DNA of 64,000 nucleotides from Mobula hypostoma (taxonomy: Eukaryota). The notes under the pieces are model-generated. The model saw only the letters and a list, made by a program, of their open reading frames with translations, had not been told where the DNA came from and ran no database searches. Every line of letters begins with the position of its first letter. Position 1 is the first letter of the stretch. The translations under genes were made by a program, and so were the position numbers. Shown here one piece after another: positions 12,461-25,796 of the stretch. Location: assembly GCF_963921235.1 (NCBI RefSeq), contig NC_086097.1, positions 17,670,001-17,734,000 on the forward strand, written 5' to 3'.

Positions 12461-15400
12461 ACAGAGCCTCATACAGCGGGCAGCGTAGTTTGCGGGCAGC
12501 AGAGTGAGCCGGGAGCAGAGTGAAGGCTTAAGGGCTTCGGCTCAACGGGCTTAGGCGGAAATGGACGAGGCGAGGAAGGTGTGGTATTCATTTTTTGTTG
12601 TTATTTGAGGAGAGGGGCAGTATGAGTGTGAGGGCAGTTTGTTGTTCTCGGTGCTGGATGTGGGATGCCCTGGAGTCTCCAAGCCTCCCGGATGTCCACA
12701 TCTGTGCCAGGTGCGCCGAGATGCAGCTCCTAAGGGACCGCGTTAGGGAACTGGAGCTGCAGCTCGATGATCTTCGTCTGGTCAGGGAGGATGAGGAGTC
12801 GATAGAGAGGAGTTACAGGCAGGTGGTCACACTAGGGCCACGGGAGGCAGACAAGTGGGTCACGGTTAGGAGGGGGAAGGGGAAGAGTCAGGTAATAGAG
12901 AGTACCTCGGTGGCTGTGCCCCTTGACAATAGGTTTGAGTACTGTTGCGGGGGATAGCTTACCTGGGGGAAGCGACAGTGGCCGTGCCTCCGGCACAGAG
13001 TCCAGCCCTGTAGCTCAGAAGGGAAGGGAAGAGGACGGCAGTTGTAATAGGGGACTCGATAGTAAGGGGGTCAGATAGGCATTTCTGTGGACGCAGTCCA
13101 GAGACCCAGATGGTAGTTTGCCTCCCTGGTGCCAGGGTCCGGGATATTTCTGATCGCATCCAAGATATCCTGAAGTGGGAGGGTGAGGAGCCAGAGGTCG
13201 TGGTACATATAGGTACCAATGACATAGGTAGGAAAAGGGAAGAGGTCCTGAAAGGAGAATATAGGGAGTTAGGAAGGGAGTTGAGAAAAAGGACCGCAAT
13301 GGTAGTAATCTTGGAATTACTGCCTGTGCCACTCGACAGTGAGAGTAGGAATGCAATGAGGTGGAGGATAAATGCGTGGCTGAGGGATTGGAGCAGGGGG
13401 CAGGGATTCAAGTTTTTGGATCATTGGGACCTCTTTTGGCGCAGGTACGACCTGTTCAAAAAGGACGGGTTACACTTGAATCCTAGGGGGACCAATATCC
13501 TGGCGGGGAGATTTGCGAGGGCTACTGAGGTGACTTTAAACTAGAATGCTTGGCGGGGGGTGGGAATCAAATTAAAGAGACTAGGAGAGAGGAGGTTAGT
13601 TCACAACAGGGGGATGGGAACAAGTGCAGAGAGACAGAGGGGTGTAAAATGAAGGTAGAAGCAAAAAGTAGTAAGGTGAAAAGTAAAAGTGGTAGGCCGG
13701 CAATTCCAGGGCAAAAATCAAAAAGGGCCACTTTTCAACATAATTGTATAAAGGCTAAGAGTGTTGTAAAAGCGAGCCTGAAGGCTTTGTGTGTCAATGC
13801 AAGGTGCATTCGTAACAAGGTGGATAAATTAAAAGTGCAGATTGTTATTAATGAATATGATATAGTTAGGATCACAGAGACATGGCTCCAGGATGACCAG
13901 GGATGGGAGCTCAACATTCAGGGATATTCAATATTCAGGAGGGATAGACATGAAAGAAAAGGAGGTGGTTAGAGAGGAGATTAACGCAATAGAAAGGAAA
14001 GACATTAGCCGGGAGGATGTGGAATCGATATGGGTAGAGCTGCGTAACACTAAGGGGCAGAAAACGCTGGTGGGAGTTGTGTACAGGCCACCTAACAGTA
14101 GTAGTGAGGTTGGGGATGGTATTAAACAGGAAATTAGAAATGCGTGCAATAAAGAAACAGCAGTTATAATGGGTGACTTCAATCTACATAGAGATTGGGT
14201 GAACCAAATTGGTAAAGGTGCTGAGGAAGAGGATTTCTTGGAATGTATGCGGGATGGTTTTTTGAACCAACATGTCGAGGAACCAACTAGAGAGCAGGCT
14301 ATTCTAGACTGGGTATTGAGCAACGAGGAAGGGTTAATTAGTAATCTTGTCGTGAGAGGCCCCTTGGGTAAGAGTGACCAAAATATGGTGGAATTCTTTA
14401 TTAAGATGGAGAGTGACATAGTTAATTCAGAAACAAAGGTTCTGAACTTAAAGAAGCGTAACTTTGAAGGTATGAGACGTGAATTAGCTAAGATAGACTG
14501 CCAAATGACACTTAAAGGGTTGACGGTGGATATGCAATGGCAAGCATTTAAAGATCGCATGGATGAACTACAACAATTGTTCATCCCAGTTTGGCAAAAG
14601 AATAAATCAAGGAAGGTAGTGCACCAGTGGCTGACAAGGGAAATTAGGGATAGTATCAATTCCAAAGAAGAAGCATACAAATTAGCCAGAGAAAGTGGCT
14701 CACCTGAGGACTGGAAGAAATTCAGAGTCCAGCAGAGGAGGACAAAGGGCTTAATTAGGAAGGGGAAAAAAGATTATGAGAGAAAACTGGCAGGGAACAT
14801 AAAAACGGACTGTAAAAGCTTTTATAGATATGTGAAAAGAAAAAGATTGGTTAAGACAAATGTAGGTCCCCTACAGACAGAAACAGGTGAATTGATTATG
14901 GGGAGCAAGGACATGGCAGACCAATTGAATAACTACTTTGGTTCTGTCTTCACTAAGGAGGACATAAATAATCTTCTGGAAATAGTAGGGGACAGAAGGT
15001 CCAGTGAGATGGAGGAACTGAGGGATATACATGTTAGTAGGGAAGTGGTGTTAGGTAAATTAAAGGGATTAAAGGCAGATAAATCCCTAGGGCCGGATGG
15101 TCTGCATCCCAGAGTGCTTAAGGAAGTAGTCCAAGAAATAGTGGTGATAATTTTTCAAAACTCTTTAGATTCTGGACTAGTTCCTGAGGATTGGAGGGTG
15201 GCTAATGTAACCCCACTTTTTTAAAAAGGAGGGAGAGAGAAACCAGGGAATTATAGACCGGTTAGCCTGACATCGGTGGTGGGGAAAATGCTAGAGTCAG
15301 TTATCAAAGATGTAATAACAGCACATTTGGAAAGCGGTGAAATCATCGGACAAAGTCAGCTTGGAATTGTGAAAGGAAAATCATGTCTGATGAATCTCAT

Positions 15401-16667
15401 AGAATTTTTTGAGGATGTAACTAGTAGAGTGGATAGGGGAGAACCAGTGGATGTGGTATATTTGGATTTTCAAAAGGCTTTTGACAAGGTCCCACACGGG
15501 AGATTAGTGTGCAAACTTAAAGCACACGGTATTGGGGGTAAGGTATTGATGTGGATAGAGAATTGGTTGGCAGACAGGAAGCAAAGAGTGGGAAAAACGG
15601 GACCTTTTCAGAATGGCAGGCAGTGACTAGTGGGGTACCGCAAGGCTCAGTGCTGGGACCCCAGTTGTTTACAATATATATTAATGACTTAGATGAGGGA
15701 ATTAAATGCAGCATCTCCAAGTTTGCGGATGACACGAAGCTGGGCGGCAGTGTTAGCTGTGAGGAGGATGCTAAGAGGATGGAAGGTGACTTGGATAGGT
15801 TAGGTGAGTGGGCAAATTTATGGCAGATGCAATTTAATGTGGATAAATGTGAGGTTATCCACTTTGGTGGCAAAAACAGGAAAATGGATTATTATCTGAA
15901 TGGTGGCCGATTAGGAAAAGGGGAGGTGCAATGAGACCTGGGTGTCATTATACACCAGTCATTGAAAGTGGGCATGCAGGTACAGCAGGCGGTGAAAAAG
16001 GCAAATGGTATGCTGGCATTCATAGCAAGAGGATTCGAGTACAGGAGCAGGGAGGTACTACTACAGTTGTAGAAGGCCTTGGTGAGACCACACCTGGAGT
16101 ATTGTGTGCAGTTTTGGTCCCCTAATCTGAGGAAAGACATCCTTGCCATAGAGGGAGTACAAAGAAGGTTCACCAGATTGATTCCTGGGATGGCAGGACT
16201 TTCATATGATGAAAGACTGGATTGACTAGGCTTATACTCGTTGGAATTTAGAAGATTGAGGGGAGATCTTATTGAAACATATAAAATCCTAAAGGGATTG
16301 GACAGGCTAGATGCAGGAACATTGTTCTCGATATGGGGAAGTCCAGAACGAGGGGTCACAGTTTGAGGATAAAGGGGAAGCCTTTTAGGACCGAGATTAG
16401 GAAAAACTACTTCACACAGAGAGTGGTGAATCTGTGGAATTCTCTGCCACAGGAAACAGTTGAGGCCAGTTCATTGGCTATATTTAAGAGGGAGTTAGAT
16501 ATGGCCCTTGTGGCTAAAGGGATCGGGGGGTATGGGGGTAAGGCTGGTACAGGGTTCTGAGTTGGATGATCAGCCGTGAACATACTGAATGGTGGTGCAG
16601 ACTCGAAGGGCTGAATGGCCTACTCCTGCACCTATTTTCTATGTTTCTATGTTTCTACATTTCTATA
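12151..16667 (+). mobile_element. Near full-length CR1 LINE, inactivated. ORF1 has a Zn finger, coiled coil and SGNH esterase; ORF2 has APE and RT.
   Basis: ORF1 CSRCWMW..CARC, GDSIVRG, VVHIGTND, DGLHLN. ORF2 [43 protein letters not shown]. Several frameshifts and stops (about 12950, 13970, 15222, 15600, 15932). (ttctatgt)n tail. Confidence 0.97.
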
Positions 16668-17284
16668 AGCATTGGGGTATAACAGATAATTTAAAAACAT
16701 GAAAGTTTTGGATCAAAGTTACTTGGCTGGCCATTAACTTTGAGGAAGTAAATTTAGAAAAGTCTGCTGCTGTATAATAGAACATTCTTTGAAATGCACA
16801 TGTTAAGCAACTGCAATTTATTTTAAGGCTTCCCTTAACTTTTTTTGAAAAAACAATGATACAAAATTTGAAGTTGAACTCCTTGCCATTATCAGTGGCA
16901 TCAGTGTAATTGTAAGCATCAAATTTATATAGACAAGGAATGAATAAATAATATATGATTTAATAGAATTAAGGAGTTAAGAGGGTGTGGCAACCTGATT
17001 TAAATGCTCAAAACAATGAAGGGTGTAAATTGAGTAAGTGTTAGGCAGCTTTTCCTATGGCTCTTTAAGAAACGGGCAGGAGGTGTAGAGTGGACCTAAG
17101 AAAGAATCATTAAGCCCAGAGGATGATTGGATTTTGGAATATATTGCCTGAGAGAATGGTGGAGGCAATTAATGTCACAAAATTTCAGAAGTATCTAAGT
17201 GTGCACATGAATCATCAAGTCATATTAGGCTCTTGATCAATTGCTTTAAATGGGATTAGTATAGATGAGTATTTTATAGCTCTG

Positions 17285-17845
17285 CAGCTTCACGTTTCTG
17301 GGTGCCAGCATCTCAGGGGATCTATCCTGGGTCAACACATTTATGCAATCTCAAAGAAAGAAAGCCAGCTGCTCTACTTCATTAGGAGTTTGGGGAGATT
17401 TGCGATGTCGACAAAGACTCTGACAAATTTGTACAGATGTATGGTGGAGAGCATTCTGACTCTGCATCACAGCCTAGTATGGACCCTCCAATGTACAGAA
17501 ATGCATTATAGGCACAACCCTCATCACCATCAAGGACATCCTCAAGAGGTCGTGCCTCCCGTAGGTGGCCTCCATCATTAAAAACCCTCACCATCAGGGA
17601 TAAGCCCTCCTTACCTTATTACCATCGGGAAGGAGTTATAGGAACCTGAAGACCCACACTCAATATTTTAAGTACAGCTTCTTCCGCTCTGAACCGTCCA
17701 TGAACCTATGAAAATTACCTCATTATTCATCTTTTGTGCTATTTATTTATTTTTTGTAAATTATGTCTTGCACTGTATAGCTGCCACAAAATAACAAATT
17801 TCACAGCATCTATCAGTGATGATAAACCTGATTCTGATTCTGATT
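17285..17845 (+). mobile_element. Rex1/Babar-like LINE 3' fragment
   Basis: Peptide MSTKTLTNLYRCMVESILT and (gattct)n tail. Confidence 0.75.
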
Positions 17846-19282
17846 TGGTTGATATGGACATGATGCAAGTAAACATGCAAGGCAATTTGCACACAGCAAG
17901 GTTAACCAGGCAGTAATGATCATATTTAGTGATGTTGGTTGAGGACGAAATGTTTGCCAATCTCAGAAGAAATAGGAATAAAAATAAAATTAATTTCTTT
18001 TCAGCTGTGGAAATGATGAGATGTAACACAGGAGCCATTTCCTGTGATGTATCTGACTCTTTGAGTCACTTTACAAATGACTCTTAAAAGAAGTTCTCAC
18101 AATGCAAAACACTTTAAACATGTTCATGTGTTGAGATAATACACAGTATAATGTTGTTCCCAGATGTATTATTTTCAGAGAGATAACAAGTAGTTTAGAT
18201 TTGGGTTACTGTGCCAGTTTGGATCAGATTGTTTAGCAGTGCCTGTTGTGTCCAACAGGAACTTGGCTGAGAATATTAAGAAATTCATTCAGCCCAGGTC
18301 TCTAATAGATATCAGAGGAAAAAGCTATTTCAAGGATGCCTAAATACACAAAGTGAAGATTGACTTTTCGAGCAAGCTAAAATCTATTTCTTGATACATT
18401 AAATTTACTGTTAGCCTTGCATATACTTGTATCTCACAACTATGCCCATGATAAAAGAAAAAATATTTTTTTTACTTCATTTCTCCCAAATTCTGAAAAA
18501 CATTTCTCCCTCATCCAAAATCACTAAATGTCATCATTTCTGCCCGTTGGACCTTAATTTGCACTGATTACTAGATACATTTCCCACCATCATTTCAGCG
18601 ATTGAATTTTCAAAACTACTTAATCATCAGTGAAGTAAATTGCAATGCAGAATTCTGAAAGGTACAGGTCTAGAAATTAATTCGTGCAGTGCTATGCTTT
18701 TAATAAGTTTGCAATTCAATTTTGAATTGTAAAACCACAGTCATTCACATTCAATGCCTGAATTTCTGTGTGCTACTAACATTTAGCAAATAGATTGTAT
18801 GCAGAATGTGAAGTTCTTTGAGCACTATTCATTTGGATCACTGTCAATTAAAATTGGTTTAACTTTTCTATTTTAGTACACTGTGGGGTACTAATGTGGA
18901 AGCAACTTTTCATAGTATTTCATTCATACAGCAGCTGAATTATTCAGTGGCCACTTAAGGCACTTTTCACACAATCCTCCATTTTGCACAATACGCAATT
19001 TAAGCTGCTTGGACTCTAATACCTGTTTTTCCTAATCTGAGTGCAATGCATTGCAATTTCTCATAAGATCAACTCTGTACCTGAGGAAAAGGAATTACAT
19101 CTCCATTAGACAGAGAAGGCATGTAGATTTAGAAAGAGTGCACACTGCATGGGGTGATTAATTGCATTCATGCTTACTTTAGGTTCACCTTGAGAAACTA
19201 GGTCTGTATATGACTTGTAAGTATAATTTCATGAATGTTGATTGCATGTGTTAAAATTAAGTTCACCTGAAACTTTAATCTT

Positions 19283-21060
19283 CAAGATGGCGCCAATATG
19301 TGGCAACACACACAAAATGCTGAAGGAACTCAGCAGGCCAGGTAGCATCTATGGAAAGCGTTTCGACCCGAAACCTTGACTGTACTTGTTTCCATAGATG
19401 CTACCTGGCCTGCTGAGTTTCTCCAGCATTTTGTGTGAGTTGCTCAGATTTTCTCCTGTTTGTGAGCTGACACGTGGCAGCTCTTTTTGTGCAGCTCTGA
19501 TGAGAATCCACATCAAAGTCCACAGTCAGAACCATAGTTACTTTAGTAAGTAACATTGCTTTAAGACATCTAAAAATGTATTGATACTCAAAATTGGGAG
19601 TACTGGATTGCAGACTCGGGTCATGAGTGCAGTTCTGCTCTAAGAAAACGGAAGCAGGGACTGCATGCTGCTTTACAGGTATGATTGAAATGCGGAGGAC
19701 TTAGACCTCCCACTTCCAACTATCCTGCTAGCAAATGTACAATCTCTAGAAAATAAAATTGAAGATCTCAGAGCAAGATTGTAGTACCAGAGGGACATCA
19801 GGGACTACTGTGTACTTTTCTTCATGGAAATATGGCTAACACCCGCCATTTCGGACACAACCCAGCAGCCCAATGGCTTCACCATTCTCCACAAAGATAG
19901 AACATGTCAGTCTTTAAAAGGTAGAGGAGGTGGAGTCTGCTTTACGATTAACTCATCGTGATGCACAGACGTGGCAGTCAAATGTCGTCCTTTTTATCTG
20001 CCAATGGAGATTTTCGCCATCCTCTTGGCACATTCCACCTCTTGCCAATGTTAGGCAGGCACTGGAGGAGCTGAGCTCAGCGATCAGTTTTCACAAAGCA
20101 ATGCACCTGGATGCCTTCCCTATCATTGCAGGGGGATTTCAACTAGGCCAGCTTGAAGAAGTCTCTGAAACAGCTACCACCAGCATATCAGATGTGGAAC
20201 CAGAAAAGTCAATGGACTTGACCACTGTTATACAACTATCAAGAATGCTTACTGTGCCATCCTATGCCCACATTTTGGGAAGTCCAATCATTTGGCTGTG
20301 CTTCTACTCCTGGCACATAGGCAGGGACTAAAGATCGTAGCTCCAGTGGTGAGGACCAAGGAGGTATGGTCAAGGGAGGTGGAGGAGCACTTACAGGACA
20401 ACTTTGAGTCTGTGGACTGGACAATATTCAGGGATTTATCTTTGAACCTGAATGAATATGCCACAATTGTCAGTGACTTCATCACAACCTGGGTGGCTGA
20501 GTCTGTCCCTTCGAGAACATATTGCGTATGCCCAAATCAAAAGTTGTGGATGTACTAGGAGATTTGTGGTCTGCTGAGCGCTAGATATGTGACATTCAAG
20601 ACCGGTGATCCAGAACTATGCAAAAAGTCCAGGAATGACCTACAGAAGACTATTTTAAACACAAAAGCAATTCTGATTGAAGTTAGAGATGGAATCAGAT
20701 GCATGTCAGCTCCGGCAGGGTTTGCAGGCTATTACTTCATACAAAGTAAAACCTAACATCATGAATGGCTGTGATGCTTCACTCCCAGATAAGTTCAAAG
20801 ACTTTCATGCATGCTTTGAAAGGGAGAAGAAAACTACATCTGCATGAATCCCTGCAGTATCTGGTAGCTGTATGATCTATGATCTCTGTCTTGGAGGCCA
20901 ACATCAGGACATCTTTCAAGATGGTGAATCCTTTCAAGCCCTGATGGTGTATCAGGTAGGGCACTGAATACCTGTGCCTACCAACTGGCTGTGTTCAAGG
21001 ACATCTTCAATCTTTTATTGCCGCAGTCAGAGGTTCCCACCTGCTTCAAAAGTTCAAGGT
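19283..21060 (+). mobile_element. Rex1/Babar-like LINE, 5' part (endonuclease to start of RT), decayed
   Basis: Reads [50 protein letters not shown]. Confidence 0.82.
19307..19440. repeat. Penelope terminal-repeat palindrome nested in the Rex1-like 5' region
   Basis: cacaaaatgctg..ggccaggtagcatctatggaaa mirrored by tttccatagatgctacctggcc..cagcattttgtg. Confidence 0.8.
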
Positions 21061-21489
21061 AAGTTTATTATCAAATCTACTCAGGGAAGCTGTTGGAAGC
21101 AGTGAGCAAGGATACAGAAGTCCAATAAGTGGGCTGGTATTTGAGTGATACTTAAAGCAGATCCCTGTAGGCCTGCTCTTTCAGTGATTCTACTTACTAA
21201 CATATAATTGCTGGAAAATATGCTGGATTACTTTCATCTGTGTCTGCGGGAGATGAGGAACTGCAACCAGAAACTATGGCTGACTGCAGAGGATCAACAG
21301 GGTCTCCATTCCACCCTATTTGTGACATTTACCAGAAGCATTGTAGACAAAGGGCTTGAAACATTGCTGAGGATCCAGTCTGTGAAGCAAATGAGTACTG
21401 TGCCACCACTGAGTTCTTGTCACTGTTTATTGTACTGTTTACTGTTTACCTGTGGGGATCACTACGTGCATTGAAATTGAACTTGACAT

Positions 21490-22500
21490 TTAAGGTGAGG
21501 GAGGGGAAGGACTACAAGCTGACAAGTGATGGGAGAGACCAGGTGAGGGGGAAGTGGACTATAGAAGAAAGAGAAGGAGGAGGGGTGATGGGCAAGTGAG
21601 AAGAAGAGAAGGGATGAGAGGGTAGCCAGAAAAAAAGAGAAAGAGGGAGGGGGAAGATATTATCAGAAGTTAGTGAAATTCATGTTCAAGTGATTACCCG
21701 GATGGAATGTGAGGTGTTGTTCTTCCAATGTGAGTTTGGCCTCATTATGGTAGAAGATGAGCCCATGAACAAACATATCAGAATGGAAATGAAAAGTTGA
21801 ATTGAAATGGGTAGTCACCAGAAGAACCTGCCTTTTGCAGCAGATAGAGCAAAAGTGCTTGGCAAAGTAATACCCCAATCTGCATCATGTCTCACCAAAA
21901 TAGAGGAGGCTGCACCAACTCACATCACCAAGAGGGACTATTTGTGGCCTGGTAAGAGTAGGTGTAGGGGCAGGTGTAGCATTTGTCATGCTTGCAGGGA
22001 TAATTGTCAGGAGGGAAATCATTGGGGTGGGATGAGAGTGGACAAGAGAGTCACATTGAGAGTGATCCCTACAGAAAGTGGAGTGGTGGGGGAGGGAATG
22101 ATGTGCTTAGTGGCATGATTCTGTTGGAGATGGCAGCAGTTAGAGAATTATGTACTGGATATGGACACTCATGTACAGTGAATATAAGGTGCAGTTCCTG
22201 TAGTTTGTGTTTTATCTCAACCTGGCAACAGAGAAGGCTGAGCACAGATAGGCTGGAGTGGGAATAACTTTAAATGGCTTGCAACCAGAAGTTCAAAGTC
22301 GCCATTGTGGTCAGAACTCAGGTGGATATTAAGACAGTGGTCTACTTTGCACCTAGTTTCAGGAATGTAAAGGAGGCCACATTGAGAGCACCAAATGCAG
22401 TGGACAAAGCCATGGAGGTGCATGTGCCTTTCCAGGGAAGACTGTAGAGCTTCTTGAAATATGGTGAGAGAGGAGGTATAGGGACAGGTGTCACATCTCT
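21490..22500 (-). mobile_element. Decayed Penelope-like element fragments (GIY-YIG endonuclease)
   Basis: Peptides RCDTCPY, VHCIWCSQCGLLYIPETR and THFNSTFHFHSDMFVHGL..LEEQHL. Confidence 0.8.
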
Positions 22501-22984
22501 TTATTAAAGTGATTGTCAAATTAACATTTTCATGCAGTGTATCAGTACTAGTCAAAACAGAGAGCCAATTTATCAAACCTGTATGGTCCAAAATATAGAG
22601 ATCATAGTAAATATAAATTATTAGACTTTTAGATCTTTGGTACTTCCTGCCCATATACATGTAGGCTTAGAATGTTGATAGAGGTCATTTCTTTATGTAG
22701 AACAGTAAGAAATAAATGGTAATTGTCAAGAACCCAGCCATTTCTCTTTTTTTAACTTAAACACATCATCTCCGAGAAATTCTAGAACTCTGCTCAATTT
22801 AATTTTTTTTCCTTCCAGGTATTCACGCACTGTTCATAATAATACATTCTTGTAGTTTTCAGTAAATTATTCTATGACTGAATTTATTGGCATAGGTTTT
22901 CAACTGTGGCTTTCAGTTTTAATCTTAAAAATAATCAGTTCAAAATTGAAAGTCAAGAGAATAGGAGACTTCAACTACCTCAAC

Positions 22985-23885
22985 TACCTGAAAGCCCACA
23001 CTCAGTGTTTTTTCAGAACAGTTTTTCCCCTTCTGCCATTAGATTTCTGAACGGTCCATGAATACCACCTCACTATTCAACTTTTGCACTATTTATATAT
23101 TTCTGTAAATTATGTTTTTTATGCCTTATACTATACCAGTGCCATAAAATAACAAATTCAGAATGAATGTGTGGCTAGGCACAGCTCAAATGCTATTTAT
23201 AAACTTGCTGAAGAACCAACTATTGTTGGCAGAATTTCGGGTGGTGCTGAGAGGGTGTACAGGAGTGAGATATATAACTTTCTGCTGAACGGATCCTGAC
23301 CCGGATCTGGGCCGTACCCTCCAAATATCCGGACCTGCCTCTCGGTTTTTTTGCACTACCTACTTTCCATTGTTCTATTTTCTATTTGTAATTTATAATT
23401 TACGTTTTTAATATTTACTAATTTTTACTATTTTTAATGTTTTTTAATATTTAATATTTGTAATCCAGGGAGTGGGAAGCGCAGAATCAAATATCGCTGT
23501 GAGGATTGTATGTTTTAGTATCAATTGTTTGGCGACAATAAAGTATAAGTATATCAGCCAGTTAAGTGGTGCTACAGCAACAACCAGTAAGACCAAGAAC
23601 CGATTTTGACTTCAGAATGGGTAAGACAAGGGACCACACACCAGTCCTTATCGAGGAATCAGAAGTAGGCACAGTGAGCAATTTCAAGTTCCTAGATGTC
23701 AATATCTCTGAGGATCTGTCCTGGACCCAACATATTGAAGCAGTTATGAAGAAGGCTCGACAGCAGCTACATTTCCATAGGCGTTTGAGGAGATTTGGTA
23801 TGTCATCAAAGACACTCACAAATTTCTGCAGATGTACCGTGGAGAACATTTTAACTGACTGCATCACCATCTGGTATGGGATGGG
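22985..23885 (+). mobile_element. Rex1/Babar-like fragments with a nested LINE 3' end (about 23278-23554)
   Basis: Peptide FKFLDVNISEDLSWTQHI..KKARQQLHFHRRLRRFGMSSKTL. The host sequence gagatatat|cagccagttaagtgg is split by an insert ending aataaagtataagtata. Confidence 0.75.
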
Positions 23886-24772
23886 GGAGGAGGGATTACT
23901 ACTGCACATAAGATTGGCGACGAGGAAGTTTTAAAATGAATCCAAGAAGAATATCTACCCATTGAAGCGTAACAAGTAGTTTGAGTTTAGAAATAGTGCA
24001 GCACATTTTTTTTTCTTCGTAAGGGGAGAAAGATGTTTCAATATGTGGGAAGTTCAAGAGTGTTGGCTGTCAAAAGTGTGTGAAGTTTCCATTACTAGAG
24101 AGAAGGTTCTAGGGAAACTGAAAGGTCTAAAGGTAGGTAAGTCACATGGACTAGATGGAAATGCCAGAGGAGACACAATGAGCTTGATGGCTTAATTCTG
24201 CTTCTGTGTCTGATGGTCAATAGGAAGATCATTCCCTCATTTGTTGGGCAAATTTCTGATTTATCTTATAAATTTTGAGCATATTCAGTAATTCTTCCAA
24301 ATAAACTCAGTGGTATTACAATGCTGGTCTGACAAAAGGAACCGTATTCGTCCCATTTCCTGAAACTGTGCTGTTTAAAGAGCCAACACACAAACTGCAT
24401 TTTTTTTGTCCTTGTTGAGATCTGCAGATCCCTACAATCACAAGCACAACCTGACATATAGCTTTCCTATTTTCCCCACAGAAGTAAGGATAATTGGTCC
24501 TCCCAGCTCCCTTGCCCTAGCATCATTCAAACTGCTGCTTCCTACAGCTTTATTGAATACAAAAAAGTTCCATACTTTTGGAGAAGAGGCCCTGTAGTTC
24601 GCTGCCTTTTCTTACTTTTCTTACTAGATTACTCATATATTCTATTTTCCGTAATAAGTTTCTGGGTCTTTATTGTTGAAATTGGAAGTTTTCTCAATTT
24701 TCAGATGTTATTGCCCTTTTTCAAACTATAGTAAGCTTTTTCCTTTGTTTTAATACTGTCTTTAACTGCTGT

Positions 24773-24833
24773 AAGGCATGAAAATGCCCGACGCTGGCCT
24801 CTCAGGTCTGAGTCGATGTCATCATCATCATCA
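24773..24833 (+). mobile_element. 61-bp retroposed insertion with a (CAT)n tail and 11-bp TSD
   Basis: ttaactgctgt at 24762-24772 and 24834-24844 flanks a GC-richer core plus a tcatcatcat tail. Confidence 0.75.
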
Positions 24834-25220
24834 TTAACTGCTGTTGGCTTTTGCTGGACTGCACTTCTGGTTGGGTTTTGTGGGCCTTAAAATAATTATG
24901 TTTACAGTATACGTTGTAGTTCTTTGAATGATAGTCATCACTCATTTGCTGTCATACAATTTAATGGAGTTTCCCAATTTACTTTGCCAATTTAGGTGTC
25001 ATACATTCACAGTTTGTCTTGTTTAAATTTATGGCCCTGTTTTGAATTGAATCACTTAAAGGAATCTTTATAAAACTTTATCTTAGTGATCACTTCCCTA
25101 CAGAGCCCTTAACTATCAAATTATTAATCACCCTTTTCTCATTGGATATTAGATCTAAACTGGTCTTTAACTGTCCCTTATACATTACTTGAATTAGTCC
25201 TTTATATAATTTGGCTTTCT

Positions 25221-25341
25221 CAGGACTTGGTCCTGATGAAGGGTCTCAGCCCGAAACCCTGGCCTGGCCTGCTGCGTTCACCAGCAACTTTGATGTGTGT
25301 TGCTTGAATTTCCAGCATCTGCAGATTTCCTCGTGTTTGCA
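25221..25341 (+). repeat. Penelope terminal-repeat fragment with truncated hammerhead core
   Basis: CTGATGA-A-GGGTCTCAGCCC-GAAA at 25233-25256. The cleavage site and 3' strand of stem I are deleted. Confidence 0.75.
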
Positions 25342-25796
25342 GTGTTTTTCTGACGTGTTTTTCAGTAACCTTTTTGTCGAGTTGCTTGGAGTGTTCTTTT
25401 GTCTTCATGATGTAGTTTTTGCCAGGATACTGACTCACCAGCAGGTGGACCTTCCAGATACGGTGTATTTTTAATACAATCAATTGAAACACCTTGACTG
25501 CTCACAGGTGATCTCTGTTTAACTAATTATATGACTTCTAAAACCAATTGACTGCACCAGTGATGGTTTGGTGTGTCATATTAAAGGGCATGAATACTTA
25601 TACAATCAATTATTTGTGCTTTATATTTGCAATTAATTTAGATCATTTTGTGGAGATCTATGTTCACTTTGACATGAAAGTGTCTTTCTCTGTTGATCAG
25701 TGTCAAAGCATGCCAAATTAAATCCACTGTGATTCAATGTTATAAAACAATAAAACATGAAAAATCGTTGTACTGAATACTTTTTATAGGCACTAT
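25342..25796. mobile_element. Tc1/mariner end fragment
   Basis: Ends tgaatactttttataggcactata (reverse complement agtgcctataaaaagtattca, a Tc1-type terminus), with an internal tgaatactta repeat. Confidence 0.55.

Noticed and set aside
13928..14680. 250-aa minus-strand ORF and similar antisense ORFs (12959-13411, 15892-16359, 54500-55265)
   Set aside because: They are shadow frames opposite CR1 ORFs, with no independent protein motifs.
13893..15224. 443-aa ORF as a host gene or active LINE protein
   Set aside because: It is a frameshift-bounded piece of CR1 ORF2, and the element has several disabling lesions.
12140..16680. TSD for the first CR1, and the idea that it is nested in the BEL element
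   Set aside because: No convincing duplication was found, and the BEL 5' LTR starts at 11991, about 160 bp before the CR1.
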